This document shows, piece by piece, positions 23,926 through 35,203 of a stretch of 64,000 bases of DNA. Within the stretch, counting starts at the first letter, position 1. The number at the start of each line of letters is the position of its first letter. Origin of the DNA: Nemertoderma westbladi (Eukaryota > Animalia > Xenacoelomorpha); NCBI GenBank assembly GCA_032718475.1, contig JAUCBJ010000423.1:7123-71122 (forward strand), written 5' to 3'. Under the pieces are notes generated by a model. That model had not been told where the DNA came from, did not search any database, and saw only the letters and a list, made by a program, of their open reading frames with translations. Position numbers and translations under genes: made by a program.

Positions 23926-26900
23926 TCATATGTGTGCTCGATACACTGCGGTATTTATCATGTAACAGGATTCGTTTTCGTCGGAGAACTCGTCTGTATA
24001 GAATCCTTCCATCTCAGATTGATCAGTGTCGTTCACATCACTGAATTGGACATGTAGCTCGGAATCACTTACCTGATTCGGACTATTTCGCTCGAATTCA
24101 GTGTGCAACAAGATATGATGTTTCGCACCACACTTTGCACACCTTATGTCAGAGAAACAGGTACGCCGTTGGTGTCCTTGTCTGAGGCAATTATAACATA
24201 ACCGCTTATCCCACATGACTTCGCGTCTCTCCGTTAATGACTTCTTCAGGAATTCATCACACATATTTAAACGGTGGGTCCCGTCACACAGCGCACATTT
24301 CGGTTTGATGTTACTTACCTTATTTTGAGTCGCATTGTGTACACTTGCCTTTTCTTCGGGCTTTCTCACCGGAATTCTCTTGGGAGACGTGGGAGGAGTT
24401 TTTCTTACCTGTTCTCTCCTGTCATTTGTTCGAGACTTGAATTTACTTACCTGATCTTTAGGCATTTTATTCACATAATAAGATCTATCAGTGTCTTTCC
24501 CGCTATCTTCTCCTTGAGAAGTCTGGCTTTCGCCATCGTCTGTATAACACACTGGTGTTACCTTTCTCCTAGAGACGGGTTTTTCGCTTACCTTGTTTTC
24601 CGGTGTCTTCTCTCTAGACAGTTTCAGGAGCTGTAATTTCACTTCTCCATCTAGGAATAACATGAGATCAGCCATGGTAGGGTCTCGTCGTTGTTGTTCC
24701 ATCATATATAACACTTTCTTATCCCAGCGTGTGCCTACTCCACCTTTTGGTAAAGTAGAAGCCACTGCTCTAATAACCATAGTGTTCTGATACTCATGAG
24801 ACTTACCTAGCCAATCTAATTGTCTGCAGATCTCCTGGATCTCATCGGAAAACTCGATAATCCCACTACTAATAAACTTTCGGGGCGCTACTAACTTTGC
24901 ATACAAGTACCCAGCGATATTATTCCTATTACCATACCTGATGTTTAGTGTATCCCAAACTTGTCTTAATCCGTCTGGATGTCCAATAAACTTTAACGCC
25001 ATTAACTTGGGAGATCCTTCCAAGCACTCGATGAGGTATCTAAGTTTTTCTCCATTTGATAGTACAGAGTTCTGTATGTTATCTTTGTAATATTCATTAA
25101 AAGGTAACCATTTCATCTCATCTCCATTGAACTTGACGATCTCTCCCACCTTTACCGCTTGCCGGGCTTCGGTTCTAGCCATTTGACGCGTAAAACTTTC
25201 TTGGGCCATCGTGTTATTTAATATCGAGTTATCGGTATATAAATTTCTCGGATTATGATCAGTTCTATGTGGAACATCATTATCAACAGGTCTATAATTA
25301 CCCTTAATAGGGTTCACTATAGGAGTTTCTACTTCGCTAGCAGTATATATGCGTGTAGGCTCCACACCTTGCGCATGCGATACTTCAGACCTAACAGGTT
25401 GACACATTGTTACAGAGGGTGGTGGTATACCCTTTTGAGTATTTACTAATTTATCGCGTTCTAGCGCGATACTTTGCTGCACTTCTTGCAACTCTAGCCT
25501 ACTTTCCCTTACTGTGCCCTTGAATTGCTGGACAGTCTCCTGCATCTGCCCGAGCAGGATATCCATCCCCCGCCGTCTCTCGTCCACCCATTCGACCGCC
25601 GAAGCGGGAGTCGCCAACGTTGTAGCGGGCGGACGAGGGATAACGGGCGACAAATTATGAATAATTCGCTCAGGGTCCAGGACCTGAACTGTCCCCTGGG
25701 CAGTTCTACGGGGCACAGGTAGCTTAGTGCTATGCAGAGGGAATTTAGAGGTAATCTCAGGGAGCACAGGTGTGTCTATCACCGAAGGGGTGATTTCAAG
25801 AACAGGCCTAATTATTTCAGGCTCATCTACTATCGTAGGGAGTCTTTCTATTTTAATTATTTGGTCTATGGGCTCTGTACTACCTAAGTTGGTGTTATTT
25901 AGTTGCCTTCTAACAGCTGGAGGCAAATCAGGCAATTTCTGTCGGTGGAATGTTCTTTTACGTCTGCTTAGACGAGATCTATTTCCTTTGCCTTCAGTAT
26001 CGGTGGTATCGCCTTCCTCAGATGATGTATATCCCTGTCTTTTGGGAGTAGATCGATTCATCATCTGCATATTACTAGCTGTTAACTGTTTATTTATGCA
26101 GTCTTGATTCTCCTGAATGTTTTCCAATTCTAACTGGATGGTTTCTTCAGCCGCTCTCCGTTCTGCTTCTGCCACTGCCTCTGTCGCTTTTCTTTCCGCT
26201 TCGGCCGCTGCCATTGCCGCTTTTCTTTCAGCTTCGGCCGCTTTTGCCTCTGCCGCTGCCTCTGCCGCTGCCTCTGCTGCTGCCGCTTTTCTTTCTGCTT
26301 CTGCAGCTACCACTGCTGCTTTCTTTCTGTCTTCTATGCGTTTTTTCTTTACTTGCTCTTCTTGGACTCGTGTCAGGCGGAGTTGTTCATCAAATTTGGC
26401 CTGATTCGCAGCCCTCATTTCCACATCGATGGCATCCAACACAAGCTTGGTTCCTTCACTATTAGGGCTAAGTCCCTCTAACCTTCTCCTCAACTCGTCA
26501 TTACCTAAAAAACGTTGATAGTCTGACAGATATATGTCAATGGCATCCCTCTTATGCGGTTTCTCTGCCGTCGCTTCACTTTCCACTTGGGAAAAAGTAG
26601 CGTCTGTTGATTCTCCATGGGTTGAGCGCTCCTCCAGCTGAGTTTTCCACTGAGCTGTTCCTTGAACCTGGCGACTCACCCGTTGAAACCAAGTTTTTAC
26701 GGCAACTTGCAACGACGTGTCTTGTCTTCGTTTAGAAGCCTCCTCAAAGGCCGATAATATTAACCTGATTCGTAGAATTCTTTCTCTTACTTGATAAAGC
26801 AGCTGTCCCTGCTCTTGAGGTCCCTGAGGTTGTTGTAACAGTTGTTTTTCTACTCGCTCCATAGAGCTGAAGAATCCCTGTGCGTATCCGGCTGCGGACC

Positions 26901-27498
26901 TCTTCCACACAGCGGGATCTATGGTTTCTTTGGCTACTCCCATCTGGTGTATGTCTTCCCAGGCAGCTTCGGATAAATCAAATGGGAGTCCGGGTCCGGG
27001 AAAGTTCCATTGTGACTCGACCATGGACTTCAGTTCTTCCCTTGTGTATCCAGCATAACTATCTCTAGTTGAACGCTGGCTTCTCGCCCAATCGATCTGG
27101 TGTTCTTCCACAGCGATCAATAACCTAGTGAGTACGGCTGCAGGAAGGATGAGAAGGGGATCTGAATAAGCCTCATCCGTCATCCTTGCGCCGCGTTCGG
27201 GTGTCAGCTCTACAGTATCTTCACTACTGGAGCTGTTGGGCCGCTGAGAAATAAGTTCTTGGCTCGCGGGTTGTTGCTGTTCCGCTGCTTCTTGGTTCCG
27301 CTTGACCTGAGCTCGAGTGCCTATGACAGACCTACGATATTGGACCAGCCTAGGTTCTTTTATTACTACTGGAGGGATGACCTTCCTCACAGTGGGAGGT
27401 GAACTGAACTTATGACCAGACGGTTCTACGTCTCTATCTGAGTCGCAGATAGTTACATCTAATAAACTGTCTGACAGGTTCTGCTTAGTATCAGACAT
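23926..27498 (-). CDS. gag: BEL/Pao Gag, 1190 aa, with Ala/Glu-rich coiled coil, capsid-like core and three Cys/His knuckles
   Basis: KFNGDEMKWLPF...EKLRYLIECLEG; CALCDGTHRLNMC, CYNCLRQGHQRRTC, CAKCGAKHHILLH. Confidence 0.95.
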   Translation of the reverse strand: MSDTKQNLSDSLLDVTICDSDRDVEPSGHKFSSPPTVRKVIPPVVIKEPRLVQYRRSVIGTRAQVKRNQEAAEQQQPASQELISQRPNSSSSEDTVELTPERGARMTDEAYSDPLLILPAAVLTRLLIAVEEHQIDWARSQRSTRDSYAGYTREELKSMVESQWNFPGPGLPFDLSEAAWEDIHQMGVAKETIDPAVWKRSAAGYAQGFFSSMERVEKQLLQQPQGPQEQGQLLYQVRERILRIRLILSAFEEASKRRQDTSLQVAVKTWFQRVSRQVQGTAQWKTQLEERSTHGESTDATFSQVESEATAEKPHKRDAIDIYLSDYQRFLGNDELRRRLEGLSPNSEGTKLVLDAIDVEMRAANQAKFDEQLRLTRVQEEQVKKKRIEDRKKAAVVAAEAERKAAAAEAAAEAAAEAKAAEAERKAAMAAAEAERKATEAVAEAERRAAEETIQLELENIQENQDCINKQLTASNMQMMNRSTPKRQGYTSSEEGDTTDTEGKGNRSRLSRRKRTFHRQKLPDLPPAVRRQLNNTNLGSTEPIDQIIKIERLPTIVDEPEIIRPVLEITPSVIDTPVLPEITSKFPLHSTKLPVPRRTAQGTVQVLDPERIIHNLSPVIPRPPATTLATPASAVEWVDERRRGMDILLGQMQETVQQFKGTVRESRLELQEVQQSIALERDKLVNTQKGIPPPSVTMCQPVRSEVSHAQGVEPTRIYTASEVETPIVNPIKGNYRPVDNDVPHRTDHNPRNLYTDNSILNNTMAQESFTRQMARTEARQAVKVGEIVKFNGDEMKWLPFNEYYKDNIQNSVLSNGEKLRYLIECLEGSPKLMALKFIGHPDGLRQVWDTLNIRYGNRNNIAGYLYAKLVAPRKFISSGIIEFSDEIQEICRQLDWLGKSHEYQNTMVIRAVASTLPKGGVGTRWDKKVLYMMEQQRRDPTMADLMLFLDGEVKLQLLKLSREKTPENKVSEKPVSRRKVTPVCYTDDGESQTSQGEDSGKDTDRSYYVNKMPKDQVSKFKSRTNDRREQVRKTPPTSPKRIPVRKPEEKASVHNATQNKVSNIKPKCALCDGTHRLNMCDEFLKKSLTERREVMWDKRLCYNCLRQGHQRRTCFSDIRCAKCGAKHHILLHTEFERNSPNQVSDSELHVQFSDVNDTDQSEMEGFYTDEFSDENESCYMINTAVYRAHI

Positions 27499-28789
27499 GT
27501 CTACGTATACCGTTGAATGCCTACTGCTGTATTACAGTCTGAGCAAGTCTAGTAACTCAGTATTAACTGCTAGCCTAGTAATTAATTACCGATACTGCTA
27601 CTCAGTGTAGTAGGATATATATATAATATATTAGAACACCGGTATGCTTATGGTATATATAACTATATAAGTATTATTACAGACTAGGTTTATCACAGAA
27701 TACCGGTATAATTTTAGCACAAATATATATAAATATATAATAGGCCTATCGGGAATACCGGTATACAGCTTACAGTTTGTAGTATATATAATTCTGGACT
27801 AGAATTAATTACAAGTACCGGTATAATTTCAGTCTAAATTTATAGAAATAAAGATAATAGGCCTATCGTAAATACCGGTATATCAATTATTTTAAATAAT
27901 TGAATTTCTGAATTTTTAGGGTTACTTGGTTACTTTACTTACTTTATTACCGCTATTTGAGCAGTAGACCAACTGATATGGAGACCTAATGGTTGTATGG
28001 TAGGCCTACTATTTATAAATCGTTAGATTTGATTTATAATATATATATACCCGTTTTAATGGGTTTTGTCAATGTTTGAAATAAATGTTATTATTTCTGG
28101 GGAGTAATCACTACACAAAGCGGTGCGCTTTCAGTGAAGTGTTACTTATAGGACACTAAAACAAATAATTCTAATTTACCTAAGTTACTTAATACTACAA
28201 ATTACGTACAATTCGGGTGAGATTACAATCTCTAAATAAACACAAAAATTTACAAAAAACACAAAATACTAATTTTTAGGGTAATTTTACAAGAAGTCTA
28301 CAAACCAGCCTAACAAAGGGTTAGAATCTGGTTATTACAACGGACAGGGTACTGCGGTATTTGAAAATAATACGTAGTAGTAAATACACTGCGTTGTCCA
28401 GATAGGAAAATACCACCGCCTGGCGACCTATAGCCGTATCGCTATAGGTTCTACGTTATGTATCACGGAGTGTTCCTACCTAGAAGTTAATAGAGCTAAT
28501 CGAACGTGCCTATCAACCACTTTACAACACGAATGTAATGCCTACACTAATTACTTTCGGAAAGCACTGTACACTAAACCCTAAATTAGGTACGAGTACT
28601 TGTAACAAATAATCAGTAGTTAAAAATACTTGAACAGCTAAAAGAACCACGGCATCTGCTGGAGTGACCGGTGCACAAAATCACCAGTCTTTACCTACGC
28701 CAAGCAGCCCGTGTAGTACCGGGGTTAATTTAACTATAGCGGTATGTATAACAAACACAATTATTGTAGGAACAAACTTGGGGAATGAA

Positions 28790-29400
28790 TGTTGCGAATA
28801 ATCGCATAAACTCTGAATAATAAATATTACGCTACGCGTACAAACCACTCAAACAAAATGCAGACCAAATACTGACAGGCTACTATCAAGCCTAAATAAA
28901 CTACAGGACATGCAGACTCCGAAATGATTAGGTAGTATGCGTTCTAACCCAGTAGTACGACTTATTCTTTAGTTGGGGGTTTACCTTACAGCATTGGCTG
29001 CCCCTACTTCCTAACCGTTCTTTATCGGACAAAGGCTCTACACACACTGCAATCCGTTCAGACCTAATAACAGCCAGACAACTATCCAGCCTACAAATTA
29101 TCTAAATAAATATTATACGCTACCCGTACAGACTTACACAAACAAAGTACAGACTAAACGATGGCAGACTACTCTCAAGCCTAAATAAACTACAGGACAT
29201 GCAGACTCCGAAATGATTAGGTAGTATGCGTTCTAACCCAGTAGTACGACTTATTCTTTAGTTGGGGGTTTACCTTACAGCTTTTGCTGCCCCTACTTCC
29301 TAACCGTTCTTTATCGGACAGATGATCTACACACACTGCAATCCGTTCAGACTTAACAATAATCAGACAACAGCTCAGCCTACAAATTGTCTGTACAATC
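28790..29400. repeat. Two-copy ~289-bp direct repeat in the BEL-B 5' leader
   Basis: CCTAAATAAACTACAGGACATGCAGACTCCG... starts at 28891 and 29180. Confidence 0.85.
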
Positions 29401-29567
29401 TGATCAGGCTTACACGCCTTCTGTTCAATACTGGCCTACAAACAAATAAAACTCGACAGAAATAAGTAAAAATCTCAATAAAAAACCAGGGCGGCCGTTC
29501 CCTGATTAAGTACTAAGACCTACCGGTATATAATTATCAAATTCGAATAATACTAATGTACTTATAC

Positions 29568-29700
29568 TGGAAGTACCGGTTAGGACAGTTGGGCCTACGG
29601 ACCTACAGAAGTACCGGTTCTGGCAGTTGGACCTACGGACCTACAGCAGTACCGGTTCTGGCAGTTGGGCCTACTGACCTACAGAAGTACCGGTTCAGGT
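29568..29700. repeat. ~38-bp tandem repeat (3+ copies) in the BEL-B leader
   Basis: Unit AGTACCGGTTCTGGCAGTTGGRCCTACKGACCTACAG. Confidence 0.8.
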
Positions 29701-29763
29701 TTACCGGTCAACCGGTACTTTCAACTTTATTGCTTACTGCAATAAAGAAGCGATATCCGTTAT

Positions 29764-30940
29764 TGTTCGCGCTTTTAGACCTTTGGCAGTTTAACCCGCC
29801 AAATTATGATGACTTCTAGATAATAAATCACTTTTAGTCTATGACAAGTATTTAATTCACTACACTAGTCGAAACCAATCTGTGCGCGATCATTCACCCG
29901 CTGGATATACCCGGGAGATTGGGTTCGACGGCTTAATCTTATTGCTATGTAAGCCTAATGTATTATTCGACTGACAGTATTATATAATCTCTGACAATAT
30001 TATTCACCTTCGGGGAGTATTAACAGTTCCTTTAGGACGTGGCGCTCTATTTATACAAACAGAGTTATGACTTAAACTACTCACAACGATATGGCTTAGT
30101 TATAATTCACATATATGGCGCATTCTTTAGGAAATGCTTCGTTATCAGGTTCACTCATACACAATGCTGCACAATACTGCACACTGATCTGCCGATCTTC
30201 ACTGATTTTAGTTATATATAAAAGGAACACGGACTGACTCATGTAGGGTCTATCAAATAACATTAGATTCACTGCAAACCACTTTAACATAAGTCACAAT
30301 CGTTATATGTAACCTTTCTCTCTTACCTTCGGTATATCAAGAATATTGGGTTTCGGGGTTATTTATCGTTATTCCAAATATAATAATTCATCAACCATAT
30401 TATGAAGAACTGACAGTAAATAGCAGTATAACAATATAAAAGTATGCACAGTAATTCAGTGTGCGTTAAGTTCATTAGTTTATGAGTTTGTTTTGTTTGT
30501 TATGATCAGTTTGATAACGGATATATGCCCTTTATAATTAAGCCTACTAGTGTTAGACTAAAACAGAAAAGCACAAAATATTTACAAGCCGTTCTCTCCT
30601 GGCTTAGGAAAGAAAGACCAACAACACTGAAAAACTGATAAGAATCACCTTATTTACAAAGGCTTCCACCCAACACAGAGAAAGAGCATAAAGATAGGAA
30701 ATTCAGTTCAGTAGATCTGTGATAGGTCGAAATCAAATCAACTCAAATCCTATAGGCAGATACTTTCCCAAGCTGGTTGGACAATCAAACGTAGCCCAGA
30801 TCCCTTCGCACAGCGAATCAGCCAATCAGCCGGTAGCTTGCGCTATTCGAGTTATAGATCCCTTTTTAGAGTATTCTAGCGACTGGGGGGGAACTGGTTA
30901 GCAAGGCAAACGAATCAGTTATCCCACAAAAGCTTTTACA
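29764..30940 (-). repeat. BEL-B 5' LTR, 1177 bp
   Basis: TGTAAAAGC...GCGAACA on the minus strand; candidate TATAAA at 30536-30531. Confidence 0.95.
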
Positions 30941-31199
30941 GTGTCACTGGTGACACTGACACAGACGAGATATCAGTACCCGTACTCAATAATAAACTAT
31001 ATTGCTGAATTGGCATATTCTTAATGTGGACTAGAAATTGCAAAACCTGTAAATAAACCCGAACAATACTGCAATAACCGTAATAACCTACTGTTAATCT
31101 GATTTTTTTGTATTCAATTGCGAATCGACTCCGCATTCCAACATTTTCTGTTGAACAATGAACAATATGGTTCAAGGAACTAGAAGCATATTTTACAAT

Positions 31200-32580
31200 C
31201 GAGAAAATGGCGGGGGAGAACCAAATGAACAGAACATCCTGTTAACTCTACTGTCCACTGAACAAGCTGCTACCATCGCCACAGAGGATGTTAAAACATA
31301 GGAGGAGGCTAAGGATCTGCACTAAAGAATTCGTTAGGTGAGTCAAAATATGATCTTATTCACAAAGTGATTACCACGTTTTCCCTATCCAAGGGTGAGC
31401 AACCCTCTCTCGCAGTTCAGCATTTAAAGCAGCTTGCTAATACTGCAGAAATGCCTCAATGCAGTGGAAAATAAATTATAGCGCAACTAATAGAGGTAAT
31501 GCTTACTGAGGCAGATGTCCGCACTCGCCATTTAAGTGGAGAACACACTAGATTACTTCCAAAAAATCGGAGATATCGTTATTGCTGCTACTGGGAATTC
31601 ATGTAATGTTAATGCGATTAGTAAATATTCTATTATTCCAATTAATACCGGTATATAATGTCTGTTTCTGGATTGAATCAACAACCGAGTTGGAAAAAAG
31701 GGGTCGCTCACCCACTAGATTATCTCGCATGCAACCATACAAGCAGGATGTCAAACACCTGTATAGAAAGATTTTCTCCAGCTCACAGAGCCGAGCGGGA
31801 ATGAGAAACTAGAAGCCCTTTCAGCTGCAGCAATTTCAGCGGGAGGGGCACAGTCTAAATCGCCTTCAACTGATGCATGTATTAACAAAAAATCTGTCAG
31901 ATTTCTTGTTGATAGGGTGCATCTCAACTTGAACTCATTCATGATGATGATATTGAAAGTGCTGATGGTCGTATCATACAAACTTATAGGTCTGTCATCG
32001 TTGCACTTTCTATTAAAGTATTTTGTAGATCATTTTCTCATCGATTTATTTCAGCTGATGTTTCCCACCCAATTTTAGGCGCAGACTTTCTAGCTAGAAA
32101 TAAATTACTACAGTAGTGATTAGTGAATAATATTCTAACTTTTTACACAATACTATGAAACCCATTAAACAACTTTTTCCACCACATAACTATAATATTC
32201 CTCCAACATCAACAATCGTGTTCTCAATCGAAACTACGGGACCTCCTATTCAATCAAATCCACGTAGACTTTCACCAGATAAACTGGAAACTGCTCAACA
32301 ATTTTTAAATAACTTTTAGAACTAGGTATTGGTTGACCTTCATCCTCACCATGGGCGTCACCACTCCATATGGTTAGTAAGAAAGATGGTACATTCAGAC
32401 CATATTAATGCGTATTAATGCGATACAAGGTAGGATTATTATCCTATGCCAAACCCTCATGACGCTAATGCCTTCCTGCGTGGCTGTACAATTTTTCTAA
32501 AATCAATATAGTTAAAGTGTTTCATGCGATTCCAGTTAAGCAGGAAGACATAGAGAAAACGGCAATAACCACCCCATTTG
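31200..32580 (+). pseudogene. Highly decayed Gypsy/Ty3 gag-pol remnant
   Basis: FLVD.GAS-like protease remnant (~31900), RRLSPDKLETA (~32260), SSPWASPLHMVSKKDGTFRP (~32340), KTAITTPF (~32555), with many stops and frameshifts. Confidence 0.8.
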
Positions 32581-33110
32581 AGTATGTCAGAAGATTTTAT
32601 GTCGAAGTACAGTAAAATTAATGATAGTGATATTCCATTTAATATAATTTTTAATTTGTTCAAGAATTATAGTCACCCGGGTACACTATCTTAATCAAGG
32701 ATTTATATTATACACTTACTGACCCTCCTTCTCAAATATGTGTACAGCCTGATTCATGTACTAAATATCTTACTTATAGAACAATATTGAATTGTGAATC
32801 ATCGACGCACTGTATGTTATAGTTCGAATATATAGGGGTGCAGTTTAGTAAATTGAGGTTAATGTTGCATAATTTACAAGTAGAGAAGGGTAGATGGAGT
32901 AGGACCCCGAGAGAAGATTGCTTTTGCAGTTGTGATAGAAAGTCTAAACAAGACGAAATGCATGTTTATTAAGATGCCCGTAAACTGAGCAAGTACACGT
33001 AAGAAGTACAATAAAGTTATTCTTGAATGACACCAATATAATAAGGATGTAAGTAGGGCTGTTTACACTATTTTATATTTAAGTTCAAATAAATTTATTA
33101 TTGATTGATT
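32580..33110 (+). pseudogene. LINE (Crack/Daphne/L2-like) 3' end fragment
   Basis: KLRLMLHNLQVEKGRWSRTPRE..C.C....DEMHV pattern at ~32850-32970, followed by AATAAA and short TTGA repeats. Confidence 0.6.
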
Positions 33111-33344
33111 TCTAATTAGTTACTGTTTTATATTAACTATGCAAAGAATAATTAATCCGTTCATCATTTACAAATGGTCTTCCAATACAAGTTTGATCTA
33201 TGCCACTAATATGAAATATTACTTATCATCTATTGTGATATTCTATAGGTACTGTGAATTTGATTTGTATATTGTGTTTATATATTTATAATATTTTGGA
33301 ACGAAAATTAACTACTACTATATGATTGTATAATGTATATCAAC

Positions 33345-33506
33345 CTGGTTTATCGAGAATCTTATTGGACGCATTCATATGAACTTCCGATGACTTAGAC
33401 AACTTTGTGTTCCGGAAGTTTGGAAGACGTTTCGGATAGGCACTGATCGGTACTGCGACAAGGAAACCTAAGAAGGCCGAAGGAACGAAACCTAACCACC
33501 AATTAC
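33345..33506 (-). CDS. SLCO4-like: SLCO/OATP transporter, coding exon 2 (not in the ORF track)
   Basis: ttttattactccag|GTAATTGGTGG...CCAG|gttgat; 162 bp, phase 1/1; completes the OATP signature FIGNWWLGF...AYPKRLP. Confidence 0.9.
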
Positions 33507-33663
33507 CTGGAGTAATAAAAAATTAATATGTGATAATAAAATATTAGCTAATTGTTTTTGCCCAGTACCATGGTTACCAGATGCATAGTAAAAATTATTA
33601 ATAAGATATTTATTTAGGCCTAATGGATATGTTGCTCCAAACCTGTAAGGTTTTGTAAATTAC

Positions 33664-34432
33664 CTATAAATAATTGTGAGCTCTCTGGAACTCCTTGCGA
33701 CACAAAATCCGTTGGAATAGAAAGAAATATACCACTGAGAAGAAAACCTAACGCAGAGCCTGCTATTGAAACACTGTAGAAAACCCCCAAATATAAGGAA
33801 GAGTCAGATTTCTTAACATTTTCATTGATGTATGAGTTGCCGATAGTATATAGTGGCACAGAACCGATGCCGAGAAAAATCTGGGCTAAAAAGAAAACAT
33901 ACATATAGTTCGAGAGATTGGGGGTATCTGAGTCCTGGCAATCAACGTTGCTCGAGCCATTCACACAGTAGGGAGCCTGATCGGAACCAATCACGTGATA
34001 CATAGGTGAAGTCACGTGAGGTAGGAAATATATAAAGGAGCCGACACCATGTAACACCGCTCCCATTGTGATCCACATACTCTTGTTGTTGTCGCCTAGG
34101 TAACTGATAGGTACTAGACATAGAGCGCCCAAGATGTCATAGAAGGCTACGATCAACCCAGATTGGGTACTCAGGAAACCAAAACGACGCTCTAAGGAAG
34201 ATATTCCCGTGGTAATGAAACCACTTATTACGATCTGCTGAACCGTAGTTAAAAAACACATGAAAAATAAAAGAAACTTTACGTTGTTGAATATTTGCAA
34301 CGATTTCGGTTTGAATTTTCCCCAACCCCAACTTTCATTATCATCGAATCCTTCTGTAGTATCTTTTATTGCGGCTTCATTTACAGGTTGAAGTTTATTA
34401 ACCGACAGTAACTTTGGTTGTTCCGCCATCAT
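33664..34432 (-). CDS. SLCO4-like: SLCO/OATP transporter, first coding exon
   Basis: MMAEQ...GWGKFKPKSLQIFN...ISSLERRFGFLSTQSGLIVAFYDI...GNSYINENV..SSLYLG; donor ATAG|gtaatt, phase 1. The four exons total 1944 nt = 647 aa + stop. Confidence 0.92.
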
Positions 34433-34946
34433 AAAATCATATGTACTAATATAGAAACATATAGTTATGAATAAATTAATCAAGAAAATAATATTACGTT
34501 CATAAATTGGAAACTTTTAACAATAGTTTATATGCCAGTTTCTAAAGGGTAGACGTTAAATAAAATGCTAGAAATTAGTGTTTCAATTTCAATATAATTA
34601 AGAGAAAGGGAAATTAAAAGAAAGCAATTAGCATTCATTCTATTGTCCTTGTACTGTAATTCACTTACAGATACAATACTATATAAGCAAATCTCATCGT
34701 GACAAAATAATATATTGACTCAATGTTAAATCAATGTTCTATATTAATCCAAGGCAAGGGGAATCAATAGTACCCTGAATAAAAGCTGGGCAAATGTGTT
34801 TTTTTTATATGATGGATTATTTCACTATAAGGTAGCATTTGTAGGTAACGTAAAAACTTTCTAAAATCCGACGCATTTTGATTAAATTACAGTAATGTAA
34901 TATGCCTATTCATATTGATACACATAAACACATAAGTAACTCTATT

Positions 34947-35030
34947 GGCGCAGTGGTCATATGGTTAAGGCGTTGGTTGCATTACAAATAGGTTACGAGT
35001 TCGAATCCCAGTCAGGAAATTTGCATTTTT
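34947..35030 (+). ncRNA. tRNA-derived Pol III cassette (SINE-head-like) inside the LTR; second copy at 48832-48914
   Basis: A box TGGTCA(T/G)ATGG, B box GAGTTCGAATCC, oligo-T terminator; no acceptor stem, so not a tRNA. Confidence 0.6.
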
Positions 35031-35065
35031 GGGCTATTTATTATTACTTTGATCTAATTAGATAA

Positions 35066-35203
35066 GCCAATGAGGTGCGTACAACGTATGGAACGATGAG
35101 TTGGGCCAATCATAGGGCATAGAACATCTTATTGTTCCAATGTGAGGCCATGTAATACTCTGGAAGGTTCTAGTGGATTCTATGTCCCAGATTTGCTATA
35201 TAA
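35066..35203 (+). promoter_or_regulatory. Candidate LTR Pol II promoter: three CCAAT boxes and TATATAA
   Basis: CCAAT near 35067, 35105 and 35137; TATATAAGGG at 35197; all conserved in the 3' LTR. Confidence 0.55.

Larger units (their letters stand above)
13445..30940 (-). mobile_element. BEL-B: full-length young BEL/Pao LTR retrotransposon in SLCO intron 2 (same strand as the host gene)
   Basis: TG...CA LTRs; 5-bp TSD GTGTC at 13440-13444 and 30941-30945; gag and pol ORFs; purine tract GGGAGCGG (minus, 16185-16192) before the 3' LTR. Confidence 0.97.

Noticed and set aside
19777-27068. Antisense or overlapping ORFs within BEL-B gag-pol
   Set aside because: Shadow ORFs of long coding frames and Ala/Glu repeats, with no recognisable motifs.
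27630-27890. Recurrent TACCGGTA palindromes as a specific signal
   Set aside because: The same word occurs in unrelated contexts (4330-4395, 13003-13015, 55365), so it looks like a genome-wide simple motif.
30120-30160. Hammerhead ribozyme in the BEL-B LTR (also CTGATAAG in the RTE UTR)
   Set aside because: The core reads CTGATAA rather than CTGANGA, and no correctly placed GAAA or stems were found.
34947-35016. Functional tRNA gene
   Set aside because: No acceptor-stem pairing, a mismatched T stem and no proper anticodon arm.
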